DNA from: Blastocatellia bacterium
GTDB lineage: Bacteria; Acidobacteriota; Blastocatellia; RBC074
Direction: 5' to 3'
NCBI GenBank assembly: GCA_033763135.1
Contig: JANRKY010000286.1
Span: 3,284 to 67,283, forward strand
Length of the DNA: 64,000 nt
Shown here: positions 43,001-52,156 of the stretch, one piece after another
How the letters are laid out: each line of letters opens with the position of its first letter
How positions within the stretch are numbered: the stretch's first letter is position 1
The notes under the pieces: model-generated
What the model was told of the DNA's origin: nothing
The model's database searches: none
Seen by the model: only the letters and a program-made list of their open reading frames with translations
Made by a program: the position numbers and the translations under genes

Positions 43001-43282
43001 CTTCAGCCCCGCCGCCTGCTGCCACTCCTCCCGCGTCGCCCGCTCCAGCGCCCGCAGCGGAAGCGCCTCTTCTCGCCGCCCCATCGCTTCGCGCTCGCCC
43101 GGCGTCGCCTCCCGGCACTCCACCCTGCCGTCCTCGAATCGCAGCACGAACGCAGCGCCCGCTCCCCGCGGCTCGTCCGCTCTCGTCCGCGCCGTCGAGG
43201 ACGCTCCCTGGTGAATGCATAGCGCCGCGAACAGTCCGAGGCTGAAGATCATCCGGTACGCGAATTTCGAGCTACTCATCAT
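40070..43282 (-). CDS. Large secreted protein. N-terminal HExxH zinc-metalloprotease-like domain, Ig/cohesin-like modules and two dockerin-like calcium-binding repeats.
   Basis: Signal peptide. FHELGHVLGF. Dockerin-like NGNGSVSVADWVQVGRFVAGLD and RGNGSLSVADWVQAGRYAAGLDP. Confidence 0.65.
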   Translation of the reverse strand: MMSSSKFAYRMIFSLGLFAALCIHQGASSTARTRADEPRGAGAAFVLRFEDGRVECREATPGEREAMGRREEALPLRALERATREEWQQAAGLKITLRSTTQLDGFPAAKNAFIKAAQRWEALIQTPITVVVDVDYGPTRFGQPYSVGTLGSTEGQLISGPGLYTAVRTALLARATSPQETTLYNALPTSSAPTDIGTTTTVSGPSPLFRALGFLNPVADPTAEQAQFGPPPSVGFNSGFTFDFDPTDGISAGALDFDSIAFHELGHVLGFSSNVGVKELIPTFEVTASIWDLFRLRPGATTATFPTAQRILSSGGNQVFYDGGIEVPLSTGRPDSSGGDGKQPSHWKDDLLFGGYLGMMIPTVSPGQRNLTTLADLRVMDVMGFGLRTTTATGSAEAKLDDGTVEGGLRAEGLMIVNRFTPASYPATLQNIRLQFRTFSGQPDPTGKPMTLVYFTDPSGSSNGPNQPQITRLNTTVPGTSATTFFDFPIQNGPTINSGDFYVGYLSPATNPGLGFPLDTNSTAFGRSFVSQSDGATFQLISPPPGTSSANATIRAVLSSTGSAPALQTSPAALDFGSVAAGASADRLLTIRNTGTAILTINGMATDSIRFGVVAVTNSFVIPPGGQETIPIRFLPVASGTQTATLSIPSNDPAKPTVNIPLNGNGTTQQANRILRVVAAGGSPGGSVVVPVELVSQGDENGLGFSLAFDQNILTNPQATLGADAVGASLNVNSSQVAQGRLGIGLVLPTGQKFAAGPRRIVNINFTIAATTTAATTNITFGDQPIAREVVDAAANTLPAGYTSAAVTITQGTEADVSPRPNGNGSVSVADWVQVGRFVAGLDLVSTGSEFQRADCAPKDTRGNGSLSVADWVQAGRYAAGLDPIVGAGGPAGPPSSAIRGQECAAGFGACPPFALSRQVREFIDPPFIGRNAAAGALSLSRSPIGRGRTESFELVLDAQGLENALGFSLRFDPRELRFVSASPGPDAAGATLHLNADAAGHLGFALALPAEQSFAQGARRLVTVRFLRLTRAAPAVRFDDWPVRREAVNARAESMPLAVLGPGSANSAK

Positions 43283-43548
43283 CGTGCCTTCTCCCTGAAG
43301 CAAATGGATCGATCGCGGAACGATCTCCGCGCATAGGGAACCCTTTGAAATTGAAATGTTCTTGTCGTGAGACGAAATCTGGAGGAGGAGCAGGCCGCTT
43401 TCGGGCCATTCGCAGTCTATTCATCCGCGCGAAGCCCGTCAATCTTTTTGTCCCGCAAGGAGAGAAATGGCGTAGAGGAGAGCGGGGCGCCGCCCGCGGA
43501 ATTCAATTCGTTTTCTTGCGCTTCACAGAATTGGCGCGCATCCCTGAA

Positions 43549-43597
43549 AGCGCGAAGCGTCTGGAAGGCGGCGGGCCTCCAGACGCTTCGCGAGGCG
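43549..43597. repeat. CGCGAAG-containing hairpin, related to the MITE termini.
   Basis: CGCGAAGCGTCTGGAGG ... CCTCCAGACGCTTCGCG. Confidence 0.5.
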
Positions 43598-43601
43598 TCG
43601 A

Positions 43602-45320
43602 TCAGCGTCGAACGAGCCGGAAATTGTCGACGACGAAATTGCTGCGGACATACCGGTTCTGATTTCCGACGGCGAAGATCGTGATCGGCTGGGCGCCGTC
43701 GGGGATGGTGAAATTGACGCGCAGCGTCGCGCGCTGTCCCGCCGGCGACGCGGAAGAGACGCCCGGCGCTCCGTTATTGAAATTGACTCCGAGCGTGGCA
43801 ATCGTGCCGATGCTCGGAATGACGTCGCAACTCAGTGTGTAATCCCCGGCCGGAAGCGCGATCTCCTGCGCGCAATAATCGACCAGCCGGCGCCCGTTGG
43901 CCTGGAACTTCAACGCATACGCGCCGTCGGTGACGAGCGACTCGTCGTTGACCATGAGGGCGCCGCCGCCCCCGACGAAATAGGTGTAGACCCGCCACCC
44001 GCTGTAATTTCCCGTCTCGAAGCTCGGATTGACGATCACGTCGATCGGCGCGCCTTCACCGCCCGGTGGCGGCGTCGGCGTCGGCGTCGGCGTCGGAGTA
44101 GGCGTGGGAGTCGGCGTTGGCGTCGGCGTGGGAGTCGGGGTCGGAGTCGGGGTCGGCGTCGGGCTCGGAACCGGCGTTGCGGTCGGGCTCGGGCTCGGGC
44201 TCGGGCTCGGCGAGGGGCCCGGATTCGGGCCGCGCGGGCCAATGCGACGGATGGTGTGCGTGAAATAGTCGCTGACGAAGATGTTGCCCTTCGAATCGAC
44301 GGCGACGCCGCCGGGGCGGACAAAGGAGGCCTGCAGGGCCGGTCCGTCGACATGGTCTTCGACGCCGTTGCCCGCGACGGTCGAGACATAGCGGGTCGTC
44401 AGGTCGAGCTTGCGGACCGCGCCGTTATGCCAGTCGCCGATGATGATGTTGCCGTCGGCGTCCCGCGCGACGGCCGTGGCGAGGAAGAACGACGCCTGCA
44501 GCGCGGGGCCGTCCTTCAATTCGAAATTGCCGCTGCCCGCGATCGTGGTCACCTCGCCCGCGGGCGTGACCTGGCGGATGCGGCTGTTGAAGAAATCGCC
44601 CACGATCAGATTCCCCTGCGCGTCGAGACAGAGCTGCGGCGCCGCGCCGGAAAAACTGAAGGAGGCCTGCTCGCCGATCCCGTCCGCATAGCCGTTGTAA
44701 TTGCCCGCAAGCGTCGAGACATAGCGGTTCACATCGATCTTGCGAATGAGGTTGGTGGCGGAATCCAGCACATAGATGTTGCCGGCGTCGTCCACCGCGA
44801 CGCTCGTCGGCCGCGCGAAGCGCGCGGAGAGGGCCGCGCCGTTCTGATTGCCGTACGCGCCGCTGCCGGCAATCGTCGTCACCGCGCCGCTCGGCGCAAT
44901 CTGCCGGATGCGGTTGTTCCCGTAGTCCGCCACGAGAATATTGCCGTTCTTGTCGACCGCCACGCCCGATGGGCCGTAGAACCGGGCCGTCGTGCCGATG
45001 CCGTTGGCGTAGCCCTGCACCCCGCCCGCGATCGTCGTGACGTTGCCCTCCGGATCGATCTTCCGAATTCGCGCCCCCCGAAAGTCCGCGACAATCAGAT
45101 TGTCATCCTTGTCGATCGCCATCCCCAACGGCGCATTGAACCGCGCCGACGCGCCCGGACCGTCCGCGTAGCTGCCCGAAAACGCGCCCCCCGCAAACGT
45201 GCTCACATAGAGCCCGCTCTGCGCCTCGCTCTTTTGCAGAGCTGTCATTGCCAGTATTGAAAGGGAAAGAATCAGGACGAGCGATACGCGGCAGGAAAGA
45301 ACTCTTTGCAACAGATTCAT
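43602..45320 (-). CDS. Secreted NHL-repeat beta-propeller protein with a (Thr/Ser-Pro)n linker and a C-terminal jelly-roll-like domain.
   Basis: Repeated NHL-type motifs (GIAVD, NRIRKI). Linker [45 protein letters not shown]. Confidence 0.75.
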   Translation of the reverse strand: MNLLQRVLSCRVSLVLILSLSILAMTALQKSEAQSGLYVSTFAGGAFSGSYADGPGASARFNAPLGMAIDKDDNLIVADFRGARIRKIDPEGNVTTIAGGVQGYANGIGTTARFYGPSGVAVDKNGNILVADYGNNRIRQIAPSGAVTTIAGSGAYGNQNGAALSARFARPTSVAVDDAGNIYVLDSATNLIRKIDVNRYVSTLAGNYNGYADGIGEQASFSFSGAAPQLCLDAQGNLIVGDFFNSRIRQVTPAGEVTTIAGSGNFELKDGPALQASFFLATAVARDADGNIIIGDWHNGAVRKLDLTTRYVSTVAGNGVEDHVDGPALQASFVRPGGVAVDSKGNIFVSDYFTHTIRRIGPRGPNPGPSPSPSPSPSPTATPVPSPTPTPTPTPTPTPTPTPTPTPTPTPTPTPTPPPGGEGAPIDVIVNPSFETGNYSGWRVYTYFVGGGGALMVNDESLVTDGAYALKFQANGRRLVDYCAQEIALPAGDYTLSCDVIPSIGTIATLGVNFNNGAPGVSSASPAGQRATLRVNFTIPDGAQPITIFAVGNQNRYVRSNFVVDNFRLVRR

Positions 45321-45445
45321 CCAAACGGCTCCTGAGGTTTTCTTGCGGAATTGCAAGCGGTCTTTTCGTATCTTCTGTCTTTTTGTGAGGACGAGCTAAC
45401 GCAAAGCCCTCAGATACGAATCGCCGGGGCCGGGTTGCATGGGAG

Positions 45446-45545
45446 GCGAAAAAAATGCTGAATGCTGAATGATGAACGATGAATCAAGAGGACGTCGCCG
45501 CTGATTCATCATTCATCATTCATCATTCAGCATTCATCGTTCAGC
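45446..45545. repeat. Long hairpin with tandem GAATGAT/GAATGCT heptamer arms. It abuts the mscS stop codon.
   Basis: GCTGAATGCTGAATGATGAACGATGAATCA ... TGATTCATCATTCATCATTCATCATTCAGCATTCATCGTTCAGC. Confidence 0.6.
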
Positions 45546-46347
45546 TTTGCTTGATCGCGTAGTGCTGTTTGGGCACGGCATATCCGGCGTCGCCGAAGGA
45601 TTCGCGGATGATGCGGTTGGTGTCGAAATAGACCTGCCAATAATGATCATTGTGGCAGAAGGGGCGGACGGCCAGAACGGGGCCCATTGGATTGAAGGTC
45701 AGGATTTCGACTTCGGGGCCGGGAGTGGGGACGACGTTGGGGATCTGAGCGAGCCGATCCCTGAGCATGGAGATCGCCTCCTTGTGATCCGTGGTGTGAT
45801 CGAGCTGGGCGACCAGTTCGACGCGGCGAAACGGATTGGAGGAGAAGTTCTGAATCGTATCGCTGAAGATCTTGTTGTTTCCGATGAAGGTGCGGACGTT
45901 GTCGGGCGTGTTGACGGTCGTCACGAAGAGGCCGATCTCCTCGACGGTTCCGGTGACGCCGCCCGCGGTGATGAAGTCCCCGACCTTGAACGGATGCAGG
46001 ATGACGAGGAACGCTCCCGAGGCGAAATTGCCGAGCAGCCCGCTCCAGGCCGTGCCGATGGCCAGGCCGAGGCCCGCGAGCAGCGCGGCGAAGGTGGTCG
46101 TCTGAATGCCGAAGAAGCCCAGAATTCCCACCACCAGCAGGATCTTCAGGGTGACGCTCAACGCCGAGGCGACATAGGTCACGATGGTCTGGGCGACCTT
46201 CTGCCGGTCGAGCGCCCGTCGCGTCAGGTTGATCGCGATTCGGATCAGCCAGTTGCCGACAATCCACAGCGCGATGGCGCCGAGCACCTTGACGCCGAAC
46301 TCCGTGCCAAGATTGATCAGCGTATTGAGAATCTTCGTTGTATCCAT
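45541..46347 (-). CDS. mscS: Small-conductance mechanosensitive channel MscS.
   Basis: Three transmembrane helices followed by the MscS beta-domain. The start MDTTKILNTL is preferred. Confidence 0.85.
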   Translation of the reverse strand: MDTTKILNTLINLGTEFGVKVLGAIALWIVGNWLIRIAINLTRRALDRQKVAQTIVTYVASALSVTLKILLVVGILGFFGIQTTTFAALLAGLGLAIGTAWSGLLGNFASGAFLVILHPFKVGDFITAGGVTGTVEEIGLFVTTVNTPDNVRTFIGNNKIFSDTIQNFSSNPFRRVELVAQLDHTTDHKEAISMLRDRLAQIPNVVPTPGPEVEILTFNPMGPVLAVRPFCHNDHYWQVYFDTNRIIRESFGDAGYAVPKQHYAIKQS

Positions 46348-46635
46348 AGGGCAGGTTTCTCCTTCAGCAGGGATCCGCCAGGGCGGATCGGTTCGATTGA
46401 AACAGGGATCGATTGCGGGACTTCGACCGAGGCCCCGTCCGGGCAAAAGCCACACGACGGCCGGCAACACCGGTCGTTGAGATTGCGAGAAACTGAATTG
46501 ATGGGGAATCCCAGGAATTAGTAACAGATTCAAGGAAGATTGTAAATCCAGACTTTGCAGAAAGATGCGGGTACGGTAAAGTTGCCGGGAGCAAAGATCT
46601 TTCAGCAGGACACCAACGCAAATTATCGCAAACTT

Positions 46636-47550
46636 ATGAAGATGACGGCACGGATCATGGCGTTCAGCCTCCTCCTTCTGCTGCTGCCGGCGCGTCCGAT
46701 CAGCGGCGCGTTTCCGGGCGAGGGGCGATTGGCGGAGGCGCGGGCGGAGATGGAAGCGCGGATTCTCGAATCGAAGGCCGAGGTGGTGGGCGTGGCGATC
46801 GCGGATCTGGAGACGGGGCAGACGCTGCTGCTCAACGAACGCGTTCGCGTTCACGCGGCGAGCACGATGAAATTGCCGGTGATGATGGAGCTGTTTCGGC
46901 AGGCGAAGATGGAAAAACTCGGCCTTCGGCAGCCGCTCGAAGTCAAAAACTCGTTTCGGAGCATCATCGACGGCAGCGAGTATCGGCTGAATTCCCGCGA
47001 CGACAGCGATGCCGAAGTCTATCGATGGATTGGCCGCAGAATGCCGATGATCGATCTGATCGATCGCATGATCACGCGGAGCAGCAATCTCGCGACCAAT
47101 CTGCTGATCGAGATCGCCGAGCCCGCGCGCGTCAACCGGATGATGCGCGACCTCGGCGCAAACGAGATGGAGGTGCTGCGCGGCGTCGAGGACGCCAAGG
47201 CGTTTCAGGCGGGGAAGAACAACACGACGACGGCCTACGACCTGCTGCTGTTGTTGCGCGCGCTCGCGGAAGAACGGTTTCTCGACAAAAGCTCCTGCCG
47301 GGCGATGATTCGCATCCTCGCCGCGCAGAAGTTCAACGAGGGCATCCCCGCGGGACTGCCCGCCGGGACGAAGGTCGCGCACAAGACCGGCGAGATCACG
47401 CGGCATAATCACGACGCCGCCATCGTCTATCTGCCCGGCCGCAAACCGTACGTCATCGTCGTGCTGACAAAAGGCATCGAAGATCGCGGTCGCAGCAGCC
47501 GGCTGATTGCGGAGATCTCCCGCGCGGCGCATCGCCGCCTGGCGCGATAG
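46636..47550 (+). CDS. Class A beta-lactamase-like serine hydrolase with a signal peptide.
   Basis: S-x-x-K motif (ASTMKLP), SDN-type motif (SSN) and KTG motif. Confidence 0.8.
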   Translation: MKMTARIMAFSLLLLLLPARPISGAFPGEGRLAEARAEMEARILESKAEVVGVAIADLETGQTLLLNERVRVHAASTMKLPVMMELFRQAKMEKLGLRQPLEVKNSFRSIIDGSEYRLNSRDDSDAEVYRWIGRRMPMIDLIDRMITRSSNLATNLLIEIAEPARVNRMMRDLGANEMEVLRGVEDAKAFQAGKNNTTTAYDLLLLLRALAEERFLDKSSCRAMIRILAAQKFNEGIPAGLPAGTKVAHKTGEITRHNHDAAIVYLPGRKPYVIVVLTKGIEDRGRSSRLIAEISRAAHRRLAR

Positions 47551-47597
47551 CCGGAATCGTTTGGAGTTTCGCCTGACGGCCCATGGCATTAAGTTTA

Positions 47598-47800
47598 GCC
47601 TCACGCGAAGACGCGAAGGCGCGAAGCGGAAAGAGGCAGGTCTTCTTCGCGTCTTCGTTTTCGATTCAGAAACCCCGCGAGCCGCGCGGCCAGCGGGGCT
47701 GAAAAGAAAGAACGCGAAGAGGAAGAAAACTCGGAACTTACTCGTCTTTGCGTCTTCGCGGCTTCGCGTGAGGCCCTCTTTTTACAAACTTAATGCCCTT
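47598..47800. mobile_element. MITE-like element with terminal inverted repeats (copy 2 of 2).
   Basis: Shares the TIRs CCTCACGCGAAG/CTTCGCGTGAGG, the internal hairpin and conserved internal blocks with the 27680-27860 copy. Confidence 0.6.
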
Positions 47801-48048
47801 GGCCTGACGGCGGAACCCCAAACGATTGAAAGGAACATCTTCACAGATGGAGTGCGATACGGTACATTAGGGCGAGGCATTCGCCCCAGATGCCTGATCA
47901 TGCCCCTGAGCGCACAGCCCGAGAGTAGAGAAAGAACAGACAATTGACGTTCATTCACACCGATACATCATTTTCGTTTTGATCGAGTTGCGAGATTCGA
48001 TACCTTCGATACATTCGGCATTTTTGATACTGAGGATATGGCGAGCCA

Positions 48049-49893
48049 ATGATAGGGAGAGTCATCGGCAATTATCAGGTTACGAGCGAGTTGGCGCGCG
48101 GCGGAATGGGCGCGGTCTATCGCGGGCATCATTTGACGTTGCCGCGGGAGGTCGTGGTCAAGTCGATTCTGCTGGCGCCGTTTTCGCCGTCCGCGCAGGT
48201 GCATCTGAAGGCGCGTTTTCGCCGCGAAGCGTACATACAGTCGCAGCTCGACCATCCGAACATCGTTCGCGTCTATGAGTTCTTCACCGGCGAAGAGAAC
48301 TATTATCTGGTGATGGAGTATGTGGGCGGGATGACGCTGCGGGATCTGCTTGCGCGGCAGGGGGTGCCGACGCCGGCGCAGGCCGTCTATCTCTTCAAGC
48401 AGGCGCTCTCGGCGCTCGATTACGCGCACAATTTCAGTTATCTCGACGAGTCGGACAACGGGCATACGGGCGTCATTCACCGGGACATCAAGCCGGCGAA
48501 CATGCTGCTCGATACGAAGGGGAAGTTGAAGCTCACCGATTTCGGGATTGCGAAGGTGATCGGGGAGCAGGGGACGGGCGGCGGGATGACGCAGACCGGG
48601 TTCCAGCCCGGAACGGTCGAATATATGTCGCCGGAGCAGATTCGGGGCGGCGAGATCGACGAGCGGTCGGATCTCTACAGCCTGGGCGTGACGTTTTACG
48701 AGATGCTGACGGGGCAGTTGCCGTTTCCGCGATCGGCGACGGGGTCGGACTGGGAGGTTCGCAAGGGGCACATGGAGGTCGAGCCGCCGCCGTTGCAGGA
48801 GGTGCGCGCGACGATTCATCCGGCGCTGGCCTCGATCGTCACGCGGTCGCTGGCGAAAAATCCCCAGGACCGCTATCAGTCGGCGGCCGAATTTCTGGAG
48901 GCGCTGCGGATCTATGAGCAGCGGCACGGGTCGAATGGCGCGGCCAGGAGTGCGTCGGATCGGAGCACGCAGCAGCCGCTGATCGTCGCGACGAATGTCG
49001 ATCCGGATCTGACCCGGCCATCGGCGCGGCGGGCGCAGGCGATGCTGGAAGAGACGCCGACGATCGCCCTCGAAACGCCGCGGCCGCTGCCGGTCACCGT
49101 CTCGGCGGCCGTTCCGATTTTTCAGACGCACGCGGGGCCGCCGCCCTCGCGCCCGCTTGAACAAGCCGCGCCGCCCGGCGTCAGCAAGTTTCGGCTGGCC
49201 TTGGCGGGGCTGGGAATTCTTCTGGTGGGGACGGTTTCGGGGGCCTATCTCTTCTCGCAGGGGAGCCAGTCGCCGGTTCCCGCCGTGCAGATGGCCACGC
49301 CCGGGGCGGCCTCTCCGACGCCGACCGCGACCGTTGCCGCGATGGCGAAGAGTTCGCCGAAGCCCCGCCCCGCGGGCAGTCCGGGCGGGAGGCCGGGTGA
49401 GTTTTCGGCATTTCGGCAGGCGCGCCAGTTCGAGCAGCAGGAACTGTACGGCGACGCGATCGGCGTTCTGCAGCAATATCTGACCATCAATCCGACGGCG
49501 CCGGACAAGGTCGCCGTGGAGGCGCGGATTGGCGAGTTGCGCGCGGTCGATGCGGCGCTGGTCTCGGCCGACGCCGCCATGAACGCCGGCAAATACGAGC
49601 TTTCGGCGCGCGGGTATACCGCCGCCATCCGGTTGCGCCCGGAATCGAAGCGGGCCAGGACCGGGCTGGAGCAGTCTCTCTCCCGGATTCCCAATCTGCA
49701 GGCGCGACCGCGCGGAGGCGGATTTCCGCGTCCGGACGGTCCTGCCGGGATGGGCGGCCCACCGCGGGCTCCCCGGCCCAATCTCCAACCCGACCGGCCG
49801 CCGTTCGCCGATCCGGCCTTGCCACCGGATGGTCGTCCGCTCAACCGGCGGCGACTTCCCACGCCGACGCCGAAACCGGAACCTCAACCCTGA
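48049..49893 (+). CDS. Ser/Thr protein kinase (Hanks type) with a transmembrane helix and a Pro-rich/TPR-like C-terminal region.
   Basis: ELARGGMGAVYRG, HRDIKPANMLL, DFGIAK and SPEQ motifs. Confidence 0.85.
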   Translation: MIGRVIGNYQVTSELARGGMGAVYRGHHLTLPREVVVKSILLAPFSPSAQVHLKARFRREAYIQSQLDHPNIVRVYEFFTGEENYYLVMEYVGGMTLRDLLARQGVPTPAQAVYLFKQALSALDYAHNFSYLDESDNGHTGVIHRDIKPANMLLDTKGKLKLTDFGIAKVIGEQGTGGGMTQTGFQPGTVEYMSPEQIRGGEIDERSDLYSLGVTFYEMLTGQLPFPRSATGSDWEVRKGHMEVEPPPLQEVRATIHPALASIVTRSLAKNPQDRYQSAAEFLEALRIYEQRHGSNGAARSASDRSTQQPLIVATNVDPDLTRPSARRAQAMLEETPTIALETPRPLPVTVSAAVPIFQTHAGPPPSRPLEQAAPPGVSKFRLALAGLGILLVGTVSGAYLFSQGSQSPVPAVQMATPGAASPTPTATVAAMAKSSPKPRPAGSPGGRPGEFSAFRQARQFEQQELYGDAIGVLQQYLTINPTAPDKVAVEARIGELRAVDAALVSADAAMNAGKYELSARGYTAAIRLRPESKRARTGLEQSLSRIPNLQARPRGGGFPRPDGPAGMGGPPRAPRPNLQPDRPPFADPALPPDGRPLNRRRLPTPTPKPEPQP

Positions 49894-49903
49894 GCTGCCT
49901 GTC

Positions 49904-50671
49904 ATGAGTCTTTATGAAAGCTCCCGGCTCGCCGCCGGCTACGCCTTCAACCGACCGCCGGTGCACCGCCGCGTCATCGAATTGATTCAAGAGAGAATGA
50001 AGACGATTCCCGGCGCGGGCGCGCCTCGCCGCCGCGCTCTCGATATCGGCTGCGGCGCGGGCCTGTCGACGGCCGCGTTGTCCGCGCTGGCCGAGACCGT
50101 CATCGGACTGGAACCCGTTCACGCCATGCTCGCGCATTGCCGGCAGGTCGCTCCGCAGGCCGCCTTTCTCGTCGGGCAGGGAGAGCGCCTTCCTTTTGGC
50201 GACGCCGCCTTCGACCTGATGACCGCCGCGGGCGCGGTGAACTACATGAATCTCGACCTCTTTCTCCCGGAAGTCACCCGCGTTCTCGCGCCTGACGGGG
50301 TGCTCGTCATCTATGATTTCTCGGCCGGCCGACGGCTTCGCGACGATGCGTCGCTCGATGAGTGGTACGCCGAATTCGAGCGTCGTTATCCTTCGCCTCC
50401 CGGCTATGCGCTCGATGTGCCGGGGCTTCCGTGGCAGGCTCACGCGCTGCGGCTCGCCGCCTTCGACCCGTTCGAGATCGCCCTTCCGATGACGCTCGCC
50501 TCGTATCTGCCGTACGCCATGAGCGAGACCTCCGTCGAGGCGGCCATCCTGGGCGGCGCGCCGGAAGCGGAGATTCAGGCCTGGTGCCGGCGCACGTTGG
50601 CTCCGATCTTCGGCGAATCGTCCCGCGACGTCCTCTTCGACGGGTACATCAGCTGCATCCTTCCCGCATAG
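49904..50671 (+). CDS. Class I SAM-dependent methyltransferase.
   Basis: Motif I ALDIGCGAGLST. Motif post-I/II. 255 aa. Confidence 0.7.
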   Translation: MSLYESSRLAAGYAFNRPPVHRRVIELIQERMKTIPGAGAPRRRALDIGCGAGLSTAALSALAETVIGLEPVHAMLAHCRQVAPQAAFLVGQGERLPFGDAAFDLMTAAGAVNYMNLDLFLPEVTRVLAPDGVLVIYDFSAGRRLRDDASLDEWYAEFERRYPSPPGYALDVPGLPWQAHALRLAAFDPFEIALPMTLASYLPYAMSETSVEAAILGGAPEAEIQAWCRRTLAPIFGESSRDVLFDGYISCILPA

Positions 50672-51046
50672 CGTGAGCCGCATTTCTGCGGAATATCCAG
50701 CAAAATTGGGGAAAATGGCCGTCGTGGTCTGGGGAGAATTTCTCGCCGCGCGGAAATTTTCGCACGCCGGCATGCGTCCCTGTCCGGCTCGTGTCCACGC
50801 GCGCGTTGGACGGGATTTCCCTTCGACGGGCTCGTGACGGCCAGGCCCTCCGAATCTTCGCCCTTCTGGTCGTGGAGCCCGTCTTTCCCGGCCGTTGGAA
50901 TGGGAGTTGCGTCACCAGAGCCGGTTTAATGCCAATACAATCAGGATCGATTCAAGCTTTGCGTACGTTCCCAGAGCTGATGCGCGGTTTCGCGCGCCGG
51001 CTCGCGAGACATTGCATGCCGGCCGAAAAGGCCATGGAGGAACGAT

Positions 51047-52153
51047 ATGTCGTCAGAGACTTTTTACGAAGCGGTCAAGCGGAGTGGCGTATCGCGACGT
51101 GATTTTCTGCGATTCTGCGCAACGACCACGGCCTTTCTGGGATTGGAGAGCACGGTCTTTCCGCAGGTGGTGAAGGCTCTCGATACCGTCAAACGCCCGC
51201 CGATCTTCTGGCTCAACTATGCGGCCTGCAGCTGCTGTTCGGAATCGATGATCAAGTCGTCGCATCCGCTGGCGTCGGACGCGCTGCTCGGCGTGATCTC
51301 GATGGACTTCATCGAGACGATTCAGGCGGCGGCCGGATTCCAGGCGGAAGAGATCATTCACAATGGCATGAAGGAGAATTACGGCAATTATATTCTGGCC
51401 ATTGAGGGATCGGTGCCGACGGCGGACGGCGGAATCTATTGCACGGTCGGCGGGGTGACGGCGATGGAGTCGCTCAAGGAGGCGGCGAAGGGAGCGAAGG
51501 CGATCATCTGCGTCGGCTCGTGCTCCTCGTTCGGCTGCGTCACGGTGGCCAAGCCGAATCCCACCGGTTGCGTTCCCGTCCACAAATTGATCACTGACAA
51601 ACCCGTCATCAACATTCCCGGCTGTCCGCCGATTCCCGAAGTGATCATGGGGACGATCGTCCATCTGGTGACCTTCGGCACGCTGCCGGTGCTCGATCGA
51701 CTGCAGCGTCCGCGGGTCTTTTACGGCCAGCGGATTCACGACAAGTGTTATCGCCGGGCCTTCTACGACGCCGGGATGTTCGTCGAAAACTTCGACGACG
51801 AGGGCGCGCGCAAGGGCTGGTGCCTGTACAAGATGGGGTGCCGCGGGCCGGTGACCTACAACGCCTGCGCGGTGACGAAGTGGAATGACGGGACGAGCTT
51901 CCCGATTCAGTCGGGCCATCCGTGTCTGGGCTGTTCCGAGCCCGATTACTGGGATCGCCAGCCGCTCTATCAGCATGTGGCGGGGACGCCGCTGCCCGGA
52001 TTGTCGAACGTGGACATGCTTGGCAAGCTCTTTGCGGGCGGCGTCGGCGCGGCCACGGTCGCGCATCTGGCCGCTTCGACGATCAGGAAGGCCACCCGGA
52101 AACAGGCGCCGGAAGAGACCGCGGGCGAGCCGCAGTCCGGAAAGGAGGCATAG
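51047..52153 (+). CDS. [NiFe] hydrogenase small subunit with a Tat signal.
   Basis: Tat motif RRDFLRF. N-terminal cluster cysteines CSCCSES. 368 aa. Confidence 0.9.
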   Translation: MSSETFYEAVKRSGVSRRDFLRFCATTTAFLGLESTVFPQVVKALDTVKRPPIFWLNYAACSCCSESMIKSSHPLASDALLGVISMDFIETIQAAAGFQAEEIIHNGMKENYGNYILAIEGSVPTADGGIYCTVGGVTAMESLKEAAKGAKAIICVGSCSSFGCVTVAKPNPTGCVPVHKLITDKPVINIPGCPPIPEVIMGTIVHLVTFGTLPVLDRLQRPRVFYGQRIHDKCYRRAFYDAGMFVENFDDEGARKGWCLYKMGCRGPVTYNACAVTKWNDGTSFPIQSGHPCLGCSEPDYWDRQPLYQHVAGTPLPGLSNVDMLGKLFAGGVGAATVAHLAASTIRKATRKQAPEETAGEPQSGKEA

Positions 52154-52156
52154 GTC

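Noticed and set aside
45541-47604. 687 aa minus-strand ORF taken at face value
   Set aside because: Only the C-terminal 268 aa (from MDTTKILN) are MscS-like. The upstream part is Arg/Ala-rich and overlaps the well-supported plus-strand beta-lactamase-like gene.
50672-51046. Sigma-54, FNR or other recognisable promoter upstream of the hydrogenase small-subunit gene
   Set aside because: A GG...GC pair near CGGCTCGCGAGACATTGCA has the wrong spacing for a -24/-12 promoter, and a TTGAT-N4-ATCAA FNR box was not found. Only an imperfect GC-rich dyad TCCACGCGCGCGTTGGA was seen, and it is not compelling.
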